A DNA stretch of 64,000 bases from Octopus sinensis (lineage: Eukaryota), in NCBI RefSeq assembly GCF_006345805.1, contig NC_043003.1:110360001-110424000 (forward strand). Direction: 5' to 3'. Below, piece after piece: positions 26,643-40,702 of this stretch (within the stretch, counting starts at the first letter, position 1; each line of letters starts with the position of its first letter). The position numbers and the translations under genes were made by a program. The notes below the pieces were generated by a model. The model made no database searches and was not told where the DNA came from. It was given only the letters and a program-made list of their open reading frames with translations.

Positions 26643-27605
26643 GCTGAATATTGCGATGTTCAGTCAAGTAACAGCTGAAATTTTCTACGATGATATGCAG
26701 AAATTAAAAGGTGCTCTGGTGACTAATAGTGGCTACTTGATAGATTTAATAGGCCACTTAATTTCCAGGACAATAAACCGTTTGGTAAAAGCTACACAAG
26801 TAGAGTATTATTACTAAATGAGGCTATAAATCTAAATAAATATTCGATATTAAGGAGACAGGGATTTTCAAGACGTGCATGGCCGCTAAGTCATTGACTT
26901 CTTGTTAAGGCAAATTACCAAAGATTATAATCTTTCAAAAATCATCCGACTCTTGTTGAAGAATTAATTCCTCTCGTGCCACGAATTTATACACTACTTG
27001 TATACCACTCACAAAATCTAATGTCTTTGTAGGGCTAAATTAAGTCTTCTGCAACGGTACCTGTAATCTGTCATTAAAATAACCATGCTTGGAACACAGG
27101 AATCGTTTCCCTGATTTAAGATCTTTATTATTGTGTAGAAAAGTACAGCGTGGAAGGTGTAATATATCTGTCCAAACGTTGCTCTCTTTTGACAAGGTAC
27201 CAAGCAAAAAAGAAAACATAAATATACATTGCTGACAATCTGAGTATGAAATGTTTTTCATATAATATAATTTTTATCTCCAACCAATGCCTCTGGACAA
27301 AGTATTTAAATTCCAGTCTTATTATCAGAGAAATGTCTAATGTTTTCAGAAGTAAATCGATTAGGTCTCTAAAATTTGACAGGATTTCTGTATAACATAA
27401 ATACCTGTAGCGATTTCCGAGGTGGATATTAAAGTCTAGTAGTTATAATGGTGTCTATCAGAGAAGGTGATCATGAAGAGTTTGTAATCAATACAGTTAA
27501 AAATCACTCAGTCTATCAGTTGTATACGTATAGGAGTGTTTGTGTATAACCATTCATAATATGAGAATACATACATACATACATATGTATGTTTGTATAT
27601 ATATA

Positions 27606-27697
<92 letters not shown>

Positions 27698-27937
27698 GTA
27701 TGATGATGCGTATGTTAAGTTCTGTTCCTTTAAGTACGCAAATGTGATTTAAAATCATTTTATGACAAAGGATATACTTGTAAGCCGAAATTAGCTCAGC
27801 ATAAAATAATCAAAATTCTTTTAGAAAATACACTCTACAACTTCAAGGCAAATTCTCTAGTAGACTTAACAAGCTCTCCAGTTTATCTATTGTAGTCTAA
27901 TCTGTAGATACAATCAATCAATTCTCTATCAACTTAC

Positions 27938-27969
27938 CTCGACCTTTGTCCGAGCGGACATTCTTATCT
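27938..27969 (-). other. Possible 30/32-nt micro-exon
   Basis: Minus strand: TTGACTATTTGTGTTCAG|AGATAAGAATGTCCGCTCGGACAAAGGTCGAG|GTAAGT. The donor is perfect and two frames are open, but a few such donors are expected by chance in 128 kb of strand. Confidence 0.25.
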
Positions 27970-29295
27970 CTGAACACAAATAGTCAATTTAATATAAAAA
28001 GATCAATAAAGCTCTTACACTGGTTTGTAAAGAGGTATTTTGTTGCTATATCTAACCATTATTATCTATAGGAGTTTCATTTTTTAAAATTTTATTTCAA
28101 GGTACACGAAAGTAAATGAAATCATGGACGTCATTTGGAATTCATTGTCTGAACTCTACTGAACCATGTGGATCAATATATACCAGTAGTTAAAGAATTT
28201 TCTCGTTAGCTATTTTTATTTGGGGCTTTCAATTTCATATGCGGAAATCTGAATGGGGACTTTTACAGATTATTGATGGAACTAGATTAATCTCGGTGTA
28301 ACATGAAAATGAAGACATAGTTTTATATAAAATTTTAGAACAATATATAAAAAATGTAGGATATTTAAAATGATTTCCTCAGAAATACGTTGTTGACAAA
28401 ATTAGTCAATGGTAAATGAAGAAATGTAATTTAGAAAATGAACCTTTGATTTAAATCTTTTTAACTCGGTAATTAAATCCAAAGATTAATACAGAAAATG
28501 AAAGATAACAGCCAGAGGTATAATGGATTCATTATTCCACAAATAATTGCAATGACGTAACTGATAAGTTTCCAGAATGTAATCTTTTATGATTTCGCTT
28601 ATTGAATTTTGTTCTGTACTCCATTGTATGTTTCTGATATGTTTAATGCATTTCGTGCTCCTGATAAGTTGACAAAGTTATTTTCATTATAGCATTGTAT
28701 CAAGTAGTTATATAGCATAGCACTTCGTTAAATATAGATCAATGATGAAGAGCAGTAATGTACCATTTTGTTGCAAGCCCCCAAAGGCAGGTACTAATTG
28801 CAAACGCATCAAAAGGATGGATAGGAACACAAGAGAAATAAACGCTATAGCATTTTATTCTGTAACGATGACGATGAGGCTGAAAGTGTTTACGTGAATG
28901 ACATTTTTTTTTTGCTAGATACGCTTCTCGTTCAAAATAGTGTTAATCAATTAGACGAGATGGGAATATATCGCTTGGAAAAGTTTTTAAATGGAAAGCA
29001 AAAATAAATCAAGTTATACATTGAGAAATTTCCCATCAGGTTATTTTGAGACAACGTTGAAATGACACGTAAGGTAAATGAGCCGAATACTTTTTATTCC
29101 GAACCTTACTAAGGTCACTAAGCATTTAATTCGGTTATTTGTGGCGATCAGACTGTATTGGAAAAAAGTGCAAATTTCTTCCACCGTTATATTGCGAAAT
29201 TAATGAATGAAAATAGAAATCGTTAATTACATAATTAATACTATGAATAACGTAATTCATATAGTGACATTGTCAGTATTCTATATCTAGTTTAC

Positions 29296-29503
29296 TCTTT
29301 TACTTGTTTCAGTCATTTGACTGCGGTTATGCTGGAGCACCGCCTTTAATCGAGCAACTCGACCCCGGGACTTATTCTTTTGTAAGCCAAGTACTTATTC
29401 TATCGGTCTCTTTTGCCGAACCACTAAGTAACGGGGACATAAACACACCAGCATCGGTTGTCAAGCAATGCTAGGGGGAAAAACACAGGCACAAACACAC
29501 ACA

Positions 29504-29545
<42 letters not shown>

Positions 29546-29710
29546 TACGACGGGCTTCTTTCACTTTCCGTCTACCAAATCCACTCACAAGGCTCTGGTC
29601 GGCCCGAGGCTATAGGAGAAGACATTTGCCCAAGGTGCCACGCAGTGGGACTGAACCCGGAACCATGTGGTTCGTTTGGAAGCTACTTACCACAGAGCCA
29701 CTCCTACGCC
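29296..29710 (-). mobile_element. Full-length OK-type tRNA-derived SINE with internal (CA)/(TA) tract
   Basis: Minus-strand head GGAGTGGCTCTGTGGTAAG..GGTTCCGGGTTCAGTCCCAC has A/B-box-like motifs, followed by CCTTGGGCAAATGTCTT. Several homologues occur in this window. Confidence 0.9.
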
Positions 29711-30038
29711 GATATTGTTTGGTAATATATATGACTATTAGTATCACTCTACAACAGAAATATAAACACCATACAGGGATAAATATTATTGGTCGACTGA
29801 TCTCCCTTTTTTTATAAAGAAATGTATTTCTGTCTCTCCATTGTCCTTTCAAGTTTCATTTTGCCTTCTTCCGGTTATTGTATTTTTCTACCTCCATGTA
29901 TTATCCTGCATTAGTTCCGAAATTTACCTAACAAATTTAAATCTTTCATTTTCTAATTATTTTTCTCTCAGTCTGTCTGTCTCTTCCCCTCCCCATCTCC
30001 CTATCTCTGTTTGTCTGTATGTCTCTCTGTCTCTCTCC

Positions 30039-30145
<107 letters not shown>

Positions 30146-30243
30146 ATATATATATATATATACAAATACATATATATATACATACGCACATGTATGTATA
30201 AACATATAAATCTAAATACATACATATATATGTGTGTGTGTGT

Positions 30244-30576
30244 GTGAAGACGCATGGCTCAGTGGTTAGAGCGTCGAGCTTACGATCATGAGGCTGTGAG
30301 TTCGATTCCTGGACTGGGCTACGTGTTGTGTTCGTGAGCAAGACACTTTCTTTCACGCTGCTCCAGTTAACTCAGCTGTAGAAATGAGTTGTGACATCAC
30401 TGGTGCCAAGCTGTTTCTGCCTTTGCCTCGCCCTTGGATAACGTCAGTTGTGGGGAGAGGGGAAGCTGGTATGCATGTGCGATTGCTGGCCTTCCATTAA
30501 CAACCTTGCCGGACTTGTGCCTCGGAGGGTAACTTCTTAGGTGCAATCCCATGGTCATTCATGACCAAAGGGATCC
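30244..30576 (+). mobile_element. tRNA-derived SINE
   Basis: A-box TGGCTCAGTGG, B-box GAGTTCGATTCC, then GTGTTGTGTTCGTGAGCAAGACACT. The tail GTGCCTCGGAGGGTAACTT is shared with 61735-62057. Confidence 0.88.
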
Positions 30577-31690
30577 AAATGTAGGGGCAAGTTAGTTTCA
30601 AGCAATATACGGATAATATATATAAACAATGTGAACAGTATACATTAACGTCGAAAGCTACACACTTTTTTTCCGTATTGATATTAAGAGAAATTTCGAA
30701 AAGCTCTTTTTTTTCTATACAATGCACGACTTAGCAGCGAACGCTAATATTGTTTACAATCTATTTCATAACTCGCTGATTTTTATCATGTAAATCATAA
30801 CGCAATGAATATTACTCGTGAACAAATGTTACATTGTTGCAGTAAAAGAATCTACAAAATAGGTAGCACTATATATATATATATTAGTTTGTGTCGTACG
30901 TATTTTGCCGCTCGCAATATGTCAAACTTCTAAGTTGTGAAATTCAGACCAAGATTTTATTGATGTGTCCAGCACGAAAATATTAACACAGACACCAACA
31001 TGTTTCTATTATAAAGTATAATAAGGCGATTGATCTTTTACTGAATGTCTTCGATATACCACGTATAGACCGCTACCAGTGAAACGTATTAAAATTATAA
31101 TACTTCAAATTTAAATTTTACTTTGAGACCGATACGGAAAAAAACAATGATAAATAACTGAGTGATTCTGTACATCGAAATATTCACAGCTGAAACTACT
31201 CTTGAACCTAACTGGCAACGTTCTTAATGTGTTTGCCTGGTGTATGAGTGAATATTGCATAGCTACATTTTCATACATCATCATAGCCTCTATCAATGTT
31301 GGCGCTACCATTTACCAATCCCGCTATCTGTCTGTCCGTTTCCGTCTTTGTCTAGCTCACTCTGCCACTCTGTGTGTGTGTGTATGCTTCAAGAAGCCAC
31401 ACACTATATTGGTGTGTAATGTACGTAAAAAGAAAATATGTTGTCCTCAATTACAGGTGTCACTTTAAACGTTTATACGATTCAGACAAAAGTATTATGC
31501 CCAAAACATCAAAGAGTTTGAAAGGGTCGTGAGATAAAGGAGAGCCACAGTTTTCTAAATCCCAAACAGAAAGGATTTCGCGGCAGCAGGGACTGCCTAC
31601 CACAAATTTTACATCACATCGATGATGGCCTCAGAGCTTTGGAATCATATATCTCGACTTCAGCTAAACGTTTGACAAAGTCAACCATAT

Positions 31691-31998
31691 GTTGTTGTTT
31701 ATTCCTTCTCGAGCCACGCTTGGCCCATAGGGCCGGTTTCCCGGTTTCCTTGGCGTATAGGTTCCCCCACTTGGACGGGACGCCGGTCCGTCACAGGGAA
31801 GCTGCATGATGCGGGAGGAAAGAGTGAGAGAAAGTTGTGGCGAAAGAGTCAGCAGAAGTTCGCCATTACCTTCTGCCGGAGCTGCGTGGAGCTTAGGTGC
31901 TTCGCTCATAAACACTCTCATCGCCCGGTCTGAGATTCGAACCCGCGATCTCTCGACCGCGAGTCCGCTGCTCTAACCATTATGCCATGTGCCTCCAC
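31691..31998 (-). mobile_element. tRNA-derived SINE with (AAC)n tail
   Basis: Minus-strand head GTGGAGGCACATGGCATAATGGTTAGAGC..GGGTTCGAATCTC. The 3' part is GTGACGGACCGGCGTCCCGTCCAAG..GAAACCGGGAAACCGGCCC and it ends in AACAACAAC. Confidence 0.88.
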
Positions 31999-32039
31999 CT
32001 ACCATAATATACTACTATTAAAATTGCCTAATATTGGAT

Positions 32040-32312
32040 TCCGCAATAAGCTGTTACACTAGATTAAGTATTTCTTGCGATAGGTGGAATCCCCTAAAGT
32101 CTAACAAAATTTACCAATGGTGTCCCGCGGGGAACCATTGCGGGGCACTTCTCTTTATAGTGTATATAAGCGCCATCAAACATAGCAAAATAAAAATATT
32201 CGCAAATGCATCCAAGTTCCAGAAAATCATCAATATCGAAGAAGACCGAACTAAATTCCAGTCAGATGTACACGCTCTAAGCCAATGGGCAGACAAGAAC
32301 ACCTAGACATTG
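32040..32312 (+). mobile_element. CR1/L2-type RT core fragment
   Basis: GGTGTCCCGCGGGGAACC (GVPQG-like), then ALLFIVYI..IKHSKIKIFANA (degraded YADD) and QSDVHALSQWADKN. Confidence 0.75.
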
Positions 32313-33394
32313 ATTTGTTTCATAAATGGACCATGATAGCAGAAAACGTAACTTAAAAATAACTTGACAGCTCCCACGTGTGTGTGCTATGACGTTAGGC
32401 AATGCCTGGATCAATCTTTAGCCGAAACATATTTACCTATGATGCATAGGCACACATATATTTGTTTAAATGTACTTGCATAAATTTAGATACTCACAAA
32501 CATAAATACCCCTAAAATTTACATATCATACATACACTGCATAAATATAGTAAATATAATACACATGCCTGTGCGTGTATACGCGCATATGCGTGCTTGA
32601 ATGCCATTGGAACTGAATACACACACGCGCGCGCGTGCACACACACACAAACGCACGCGCGTATTATATACGTATATTTAATTGTATGTTGTCATTTTAT
32701 GGAAACAGTTGTTTGAAATGTTCATGGAAAACTGTTGAATTTGAAAGAATAAACAATTGGTCAGACTAATATATTTGACTCAACAATGAGGCGGATTGAA
32801 AAAAATATTTGAAATGCAGAATATAGTTCTAGTGTGAAATGATGCATTATACCTATTACTATAAGACATTTTCTTATCAAAGTTTTGTTCTATGTGTGTG
32901 AGTGATGGAGCGTGTGTTTGCGGCTTATTTATAAAGCCAAGGAATTGGTGTAGTTAATCCTGGTGTCCCTTTATGTGCTTTAAGATAGCTGATTCATCAT
33001 CAGTGTAAGTGAATCAATATTTGATTCATCAGACTTCAATAAAATCTAAAATCTAAAGTTATGAACGACTGCAAACCGCTGCTTTAATGATAAGATTGCG
33101 GTATTTCTTCCTGCTTTTTAAGTGCTACTTTCAAATTCAACCGAGGTCAAATTTGCATTTATTCTCTCGTGAGCTGATAACTTAAAAAAGCAATTTACAT
33201 TGTTTGATGTAATCTACTTATTTCCTCACTTCAAGATTTCTGTCCCTCAGACTATTTCAGAAACCTTTGGAATGTGTAAGATTTTTACGTGGTTTAGCAA
33301 AGCCACTGCATGGTTTATCCCTGACTGGTATTGCTCTTTATGTAATTGAATAAAAGCTATTTAAACTTTACATGATATAATTATTGATTTAAAA

Positions 33395-33650
33395 TATTGG
33401 CACATGGCCCGATTACATCGACCCTAATACTCAATTGGTACTTGTTTTATCGTTCCGGAAAGGATGAAAGGCAAAGTCAACCTCGGTAGCATTTGATCAT
33501 AAAAACAAACAAAATGCCGGTAAGTATTTGCTCACCGCCTTAGTCAATGTAATTATTGATTTCAGATTTTGGCACTTAGTTTGGTCCTTATTTTGGTCCT
33601 TATTTTCTCAACCTCGTAAAGGTTGAAACGCCATATCGACCTCGGCACAA
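33395..33650 (-). mobile_element. Two diverged SINE fragments (family of 54908-55141)
   Basis: TTGGCACA..GATTACATCGACCC..GAAAGGATGAAAGGCAAAGTCAACCTCGG, then a second TTGGCAC..AAAGGTTGAAA..CGACCTCGG. Confidence 0.6.
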
Positions 33651-35969
33651 ATGAATAATTAAAAAAATTAATTATTAAAAAAAAAGTTTGCTACTTTTAT
33701 CACTTGTTTTAGATCAATATTTGACGATTATCTCTCAATTATTTCCAATCGATTATATATCCACATACTACGGTTCACATTACCTGAAGTGAGTATATAT
33801 TGCTAGCTAACGTAGCGAACAGTATAGTAATAAAAGGGTGTCCGAAATAGGTATACATGAAGCCGGTTTCATATTTGTAAATGCATTGTACACCCTAAGT
33901 CGTTTGATAGAAAGACGTACGGCAAGGCGGCACGTGCCGATAATGACTAGAGAGAATTCTAGAAAACGGTCATAAGAAATTGTATAACTGTTTCTGATAA
34001 TTTAACCTATTTCATTAAAATATTTCAGTAATGATTTCGTTTACCAGATTTATTTCCTCACATGGAATTATGTTTTATTATTCCAACACTTCTACATTGA
34101 ACCCAAATCTAACTTAGTATAATTTTTGATTAACAATGTACTTGTGCTTTACTCCCTAATGCTTTGGAAAGCCAGCTTGTAGCATGAGTTTATGGCTTGT
34201 GCTAATAAACATTATATTTCGATACTGGATATTTATTGCTAAAAGACACACGATACTAAATACATATAGAAACATGTTGTGTGGACGCCCCCAGACGAGG
34301 AAGTAGGCTAGCCCAATACGTAGATATAGAGGGAGAAGTCTAGACGTCAGCGTTGAGTAGAGGTCATCGGAACGTGCGATATAAGAAAAAGGGAGTAGTA
34401 AAAGAAGGGAAGACAACATTTGAAGGATAGTTATTTTTTATGGGTCATTCTTGGACAAAATTGAAATAGAACAACGATATAATTCAAATCAGAACCTGCC
34501 AAGAAATAACTTAATATTGAATAGATTTTTCCCAGAAACAGTACCACGTCATTCAGACTTTTTTGTCATTTCTTAAATTACGGTATAACTCACACCAGCC
34601 AGAAAGAATATTTTTAAAAAATTAATATAAAATAAATTTGAAAACACTCAAAATTAAAAGACGCATAAAGCTCCGGAAGTTATAGATATGAGAGTATGAG
34701 ATTCCTTATGTCTTTCATGTATTTTAACTGATTTTGATTGTCTTAGTTGCTATTGTTAAACAAGATGTTTTCATTGTAAAACCGAATTAACCTAAAGCCT
34801 TCTAAGAGGTTTATTACTCACATCATGTAGATGAATACCAAATATACGAGATCTGTTGATAATACACAGCCTCCTTATTGTATGAGTAAACACTGCGTAT
34901 AAGGAGTGATGTTTTAATGATAAAATCATTTCACACAATAGAAACAAAAGCAGGAAGGTATCGAGAAAGAAATAGTAAGATTCAAGCGGTAAATAACTAT
35001 TTTTCATTATATATTGATTCTATTATGCTGTCACTGATACCTTTTGATTTATTACACATTTAGTATTTAATTGCTTCTATAAGAAACTGAATATACGATA
35101 GATACATATATTCTTTACGTGAATAGTTGTAACTACATATATAGAGTGATGACGGCTTGTAACCCAAAAGTTGGGAGGTCACAGTTTCGTTTTCCTTGCA
35201 TCAACTAATATGTATTCTAATGAATGCTCCCCGAAATACGAAGAAAACATGATCTACGCAAGTTCACAGCCATCAGGTGGATCTTCATATTAAGATCAGA
35301 ATTCCATTTAAAAAGGAACGCTATCACCTTCAGCTGAATATCACTTCAGGACGTTTGTTTGGATCAGTTCACATGGAAAATGTCGTGAGTGATGGAACCT
35401 TGATGAAACTGCAGCGACTAGGATTCACAATTGCTTACAGAGCAATGTGAAGTCGCTGCAATCGAAACATATGTAGGTCAGTTTTATATATGCTATAGAA
35501 AACATTTTAATAAAAGAAGTTTTGTGTGTGAATAAATCCCCACTCTCCTCTACGTTATTGGCGCTCTTCAGCAAGCACAGAAAAACCCGAAACTATATTT
35601 GAGAAAACACCAGTGCATGGTGGCGTTCGACTAAATAATTCTTTAATGCTAAGAACTTCGTCTATTAGAATAATTCCCGTTTGATAAACAAAATGGTTTA
35701 AATAATTTGTTTACAAAGCTGTAATAACTATTTTACATCCTCCTGCTTAGATATGTAGTAAACTGCTGGATATCTTAACAACTTGCTCAGTGAATTCTGT
35801 CTTATTTATTTTCAAACATATAATTTGTAAACATGTTTAGCTTGTCGATTAGTGAAGGGTGACGTACACACGAACATATACACAAAACAGACACACGAGC
35901 ACGTGCATATATAAATATAAACACGCAAATGTAAATGTGTATGTATGCATATATATATATGTGTATGAG

Positions 35970-36002
<33 letters not shown>

Positions 36003-36066
36003 GCATACATGTGTATATATATATATATATATACATACATTCACATATATCTATATACACACACAC

Positions 36067-36104
<38 letters not shown>

Positions 36105-37132
36105 AACAGAACCAAAACATCAGAGTTCATTTGTGTACCGGAGGATTAAAATGTAGACAAATTAACTCTGACATTTGCCAATTTCTTGAAATTTGCTTTA
36201 GGCCTATACATCGAAAATTTTGATAAACAGCATTGATTCATCAAAATTACTACATATTAAAAGAAAGTTTGTATTATATCTAATAGAAAAAATTCTGTGG
36301 AATTCTCTCCTTTGTTTTCATTTCTGTACAAACCTATTATAAATTCGTACTTAATATTTCTCCCCAATCATTTGTAAAGGTTAATGAAATTGCTCAGGTA
36401 ATGTTTTTAGAATTATACTTTGCTCTAAAATACACGCGTTATATTCGAGCTGTTTAGACAGCGAAAATTTCCAGTCTAAAATATACTTTTACTGAAGCTA
36501 AATTTGGCAATATTACATCTTAAAAGATATCTGATTCTATATATAAAAGAAATATGTGAAAATTGAACAATTTCAGTAATTAATTATGATTTTTTCTAAC
36601 ATATTTTCCTCTCTGGTTCACACATTTATTGCCGCGGTGCTTCCGTTTTTCTAAGTCCTGTAAAAAGTAATGTTGGGACCCCAAGCACCACTTTCGCAGT
36701 ATCCTTAAAGTGACAAACTTGTAATCATACCTGGGTATATATGTATCAAAAGGAAGTGTTATGACACTATTGCAACTTATACAAAAACATCCATACAAAC
36801 AATCCAACATACCTCCATCATCAGCTATCCCACGGATATCATTATGGTTTCGACACCTATGTGTGTGTGTGTGCAAACATCATAAACGATAAATAGATGA
36901 ATAAAAGCAAATCGATACCCATATATTAAAAACTTACAGAAGAAATGTAACCAATCGGTCACAAATGATAATCGATGTTCACGCGCGAATATAACTGGTA
37001 TTCGAGAAACGCGGATTCATAAAAACAGGATGTGCAAATGAAGAACAAAGCACTGACAGAGAAATAATCATTTCCCGTATACGCTATCACTGTCGCTGTA
37101 TTTTAAGAGCCTTTTTTTTCTGTATATATATA

Positions 37133-37248
<116 letters not shown>

Positions 37249-37282
37249 TGTATGTATGTATATATATATATGTATGTATATG

Positions 37283-37333
<51 letters not shown>

Positions 37334-37336
37334 ATA

Positions 37337-37380
<44 letters not shown>

Positions 37381-37403
37381 ATGTATGTATGTATGTATGT
37401 ATA

Positions 37404-37456
<53 letters not shown>

Positions 37457-37783
37457 CATTGTAAGTAGCTTGCTTACCATCCACATGTTTCCGGATTCAG
37501 TACAGATTCAGTTCAACTTCTGTATGCTTATTACATGACGACAATAAGTGAATAGCATGTGTTATTTTATATAACAATACAGTAATGGTACTTATATACA
37601 ATACACAAGTCTTTGGTTGGCACGGAGCTGTAATGAAAGATAATTGGCCAGCGTACCGCAAAGTGGGACTGAACCCAAGGCGACATGGTTGGAAAGCAAG
37701 CTTCTCATCCTCACAACCACGCCTGTAAAGAAGAGATACATTTTGGATAATATACTCCTTGATATAAAATGCTTAACAAAACG

Positions 37784-37785
<2 letters not shown>

Positions 37786-37818
<33 letters not shown>

Positions 37819-38348
37819 ATTTGGCTCAAAAGCAAATAGCAAGGCCATGTAGGGGGACATGGAGTTAAGTACAGGGTGGTGTTCATGTAAAGAGTTCAGG
37901 CCACTTTAGGTCAAGGGAGGCTTTGAACAAAGCGGTCGTCGGCATCTTCACCATCTCGTCTGGCAGCTTGTTCCACGGATTCGCAACCCGGACGGAGAAA
38001 GCTCCTCTCCTTCGATTGAGATGAAATCGTCGCAGGTAGAGCTTTTCGGAATGACCCCGCAGCCGACGCTCTGGAGCAGGAGTGAAGAACAGCTCTTTCG
38101 AGAGGTTACACTTTCCGCTTATGATGTTGTGGGCGAGAATGAGATCACCACGGCGGCGGCGTTTTTCAAGAGAATAAAGGTCGAGCGTCCTTAGCCTTTC
38201 TTCGTAGGACAAATTTTTGAGACCATGAACCATGCGGGTTGCCAGCTTCTGGACTCTTTCGAGATGATGTATGTCTTTGAGGAGATAAGGAGAAGAGGCT
38301 TGAATCCCATACTCCAATATGGGTCTCACCAGCGTGACATAGAATGTC
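37786..38348 (-). mobile_element. 5'-truncated CR1-clade LINE, 3' end with (TAAC)n tail
   Basis: Uninterrupted TLVRPILEYG..SPY..DIHHLERVQKLATRMV.GL..LSYEERL..LDLYSLEKRRRRGDLI..RGHSEKL..FSVRVANPWNKLP, then a short 3' UTR and (GTTA)n on the plus strand. Confidence 0.93.
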
Positions 38349-39739
38349 TACGGCGTGCAATCCTTTCATTCTAATATTTCCTCGAGCAACGCAATAACTA
38401 ACAACACCACACATGCAGGATGTTTCAGAATTAACAAGCTGTTTCAATGAAACTGAGCAAATTTTAAAAACCTGACAGAATTTTATGTTTATTTCCAATA
38501 CAAATAGATTTATAAATCTTATGTCAATCCTTTATTGCAAATTTTCAACATGTCTGTATTCCTGCATACTTCAAATATCTCCTTAGCGTTGTGAAACACA
38601 TTTTGAAGCATTTCAGCTGCTAGTTCCTGCAGTGCTAACTGAATTTTTATTTTTTGAGCTCAGCTAAGTGATTGCTCCATTGTGGGAATGGAGGTAAAGA
38701 AAATGATTGCAGCCAAATTGAAAAAAAAAAAGCTGCCATGTACAAATAAAAGGGGTCAAACAGGAATGAAAATAAAATTATAACCAAAATTCGAAATTTG
38801 TACACTTTTAACACATATTAGACACAATTGAAAGTGAGATTTCTTTTGAAAACTGCACCCGATTTCACTCAAATCCTCATTACTTCTTTGACACCCTGTA
38901 TTTACTCGTACGAATAAACGCAGGAGGGAACACAGTAGCGCGGAACAAAGTGCAGGTGGCGAGGGTAGCCTCCGGAAGTAGTCATGCGGTCAAACTCGGA
39001 TGGCTCTGAGTCAAAACAATCAGTAGTTTTCTGTTTTTTGGTATGAACACTTTACATTATATAGTTTAGACATGGATGACATAGAAAGCAGACGTTCTGC
39101 CGGGCCATGTGCGTTGCGAAGAATTAGAAAACTGAAACATCAACAGGGCACTTCTGGAGAATAGATGAATGGGTTTGATGTGCCTTTACCCAGCCGCACA
39201 CACACGCACATGGCCGGGTGGTGCATGGGAGGGTAACACGAAACATCAACAGGGTGTCAAAAAAACTTTAATGTTCTTTAATTGGACGAAAAAGCTTTAC
39301 CTGAAATATACGTTATTTATAATGGATAAGTGGTGTTGATATTTAATCATGGGAAATGGACTAAAACAAAGATAAAATCTGGTGCAGTATACTCGAAGTC
39401 TGATTAATCTGCTTTTGTTGCAGTGAAGGAGCCAAAGTCGGTGTTGGAAACGTTTTTCTAGTCAACAGTAAATTGAAGAGTATGGTTAATATTTGTTGCT
39501 AATTTGGAGGAAAGCGACTGGATACTCTTCAAATTAAGGGCCTAAACGCTGCTAAAATGCTTAGAAAGTGTGGATTATCTGCCCCTGAGTCCGCATTTGG
39601 CAAGAAGTAAAGAATTTGAAAATGTTTTAAACCCATGACACTCCATGCAGTCTATGTAATGCCTGCGTACAATTTCATTATAATCGGTTGGGTGGATCAC
39701 GAATTTAAATATAACAAACACACAATCTCACATCCTGTG

Positions 39740-39783
<44 letters not shown>

Positions 39784-39799
39784 GATTTCTTCTCTCGGT

Positions 39800-40480
39800 T
39801 TTGCAGTGCTTAGACCCCACTAATGAGGAAGCTTTCATCCTGTTGGGCAAAAAGGCCATCAACAGCATATATGGCGTATTCATCAATGCAATACTGTTTC
39901 CCGGAAATAGGTGATAATCCGATGCGGCCGCCATATCAGGATAAGAAGAACTGCAATCAACCAGTTCAAATTCACATGCACAGACAATAGCCATTGAAAC
40001 CGCTACAAGCAGTTGATGGTGTGGCGCTTTTGATGATAGTTAATAAGCGCAAATGTTTCTTTGTATCCTCAAAATACTGACATCATCACATTCTCTGCAA
40101 ATGATACGAACTTGGCCCTCTACGGAGCAGGTGCAGAGGCGTGTTTCCACTGCTTGGATTGTTCCTGTGTCTCTGGCTCAAAGTGACAAACCCAACACCC
40201 TTCCTGGGCTAGGAAACAGTGTTAGAAGATGAGGAAACCGAGCAGAAAGTGTCTTCAATGCAGAAAAACCTGAACATTCTCAGAGGACATTGACTATTTG
40301 AGTTATAGTTAGTCCTTTGTCATCCATTACCATGTGATGAAAGCGATCAATGTTTACATGTACAAGACTCTCACTGTCCCTCGTAAATTCAGCTGCCTGC
40401 TTTTACGTGGTTGATAAAGCTGGATCATCATTCACCACTCTAGAAACTATGTCAGCGAGAAAGTTCCAGGAAACTAAACC
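39800..40480 (-). mobile_element. Decayed mariner transposase (catalytic domain)
   Basis: WVCHFEPETQEQSKQWKHAS and EFELVD..SYPDMAAASDYHLFP correspond to the GDETWV..YEPE and YSPDLAPSDY motifs. Confidence 0.8.
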
Positions 40481-40642
40481 ATTTCTGTACGTACTTGATT
40501 AAACGACGAGGCGAAATATTATCCATTTTCAGGTGCTACTAGTTACCTTTTCACTGTTCTTTGAATAGTCAGCCATTAGTCTACCTGGAATAAAACAATG
40601 CACCTATTATGGGGAATAAAACAATGCACCCATTATGGATTA

Positions 40643-40702
40643 TCTCTATATTGAATAAATTTCGGGAACTATCCAACGGATTTCCGCCCTCATCAGTAGA
40701 GA
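40643..40702 (-). ncRNA. Type I hammerhead ribozyme motif, copy A
   Basis: Minus strand: TCTCTA CTGATGA GGGCGGAAATCCGTTGGATAGTTCCC GAAA TTTATTCAA TA TAGAGA. It has a 6-bp stem I, an intact core, a G-C-closed stem II, a weak stem III and an AUA triplet. Confidence 0.7.

Noticed and set aside
34156-34419. ORF beginning with a signal-peptide-like MLSSLLLLLP
   Set aside because: The Leu run is the complement of a purine-rich tract, and there are no splice or homology cues.
36580-36876. 98-aa ORF with DCLYGCFCISC (vaguely PLAC8-like) and two GTATG donors
   Set aside because: The resemblance is limited to one short Cys motif, the acceptor sits in a (CA)n tract, and there are no supporting neighbouring exons.
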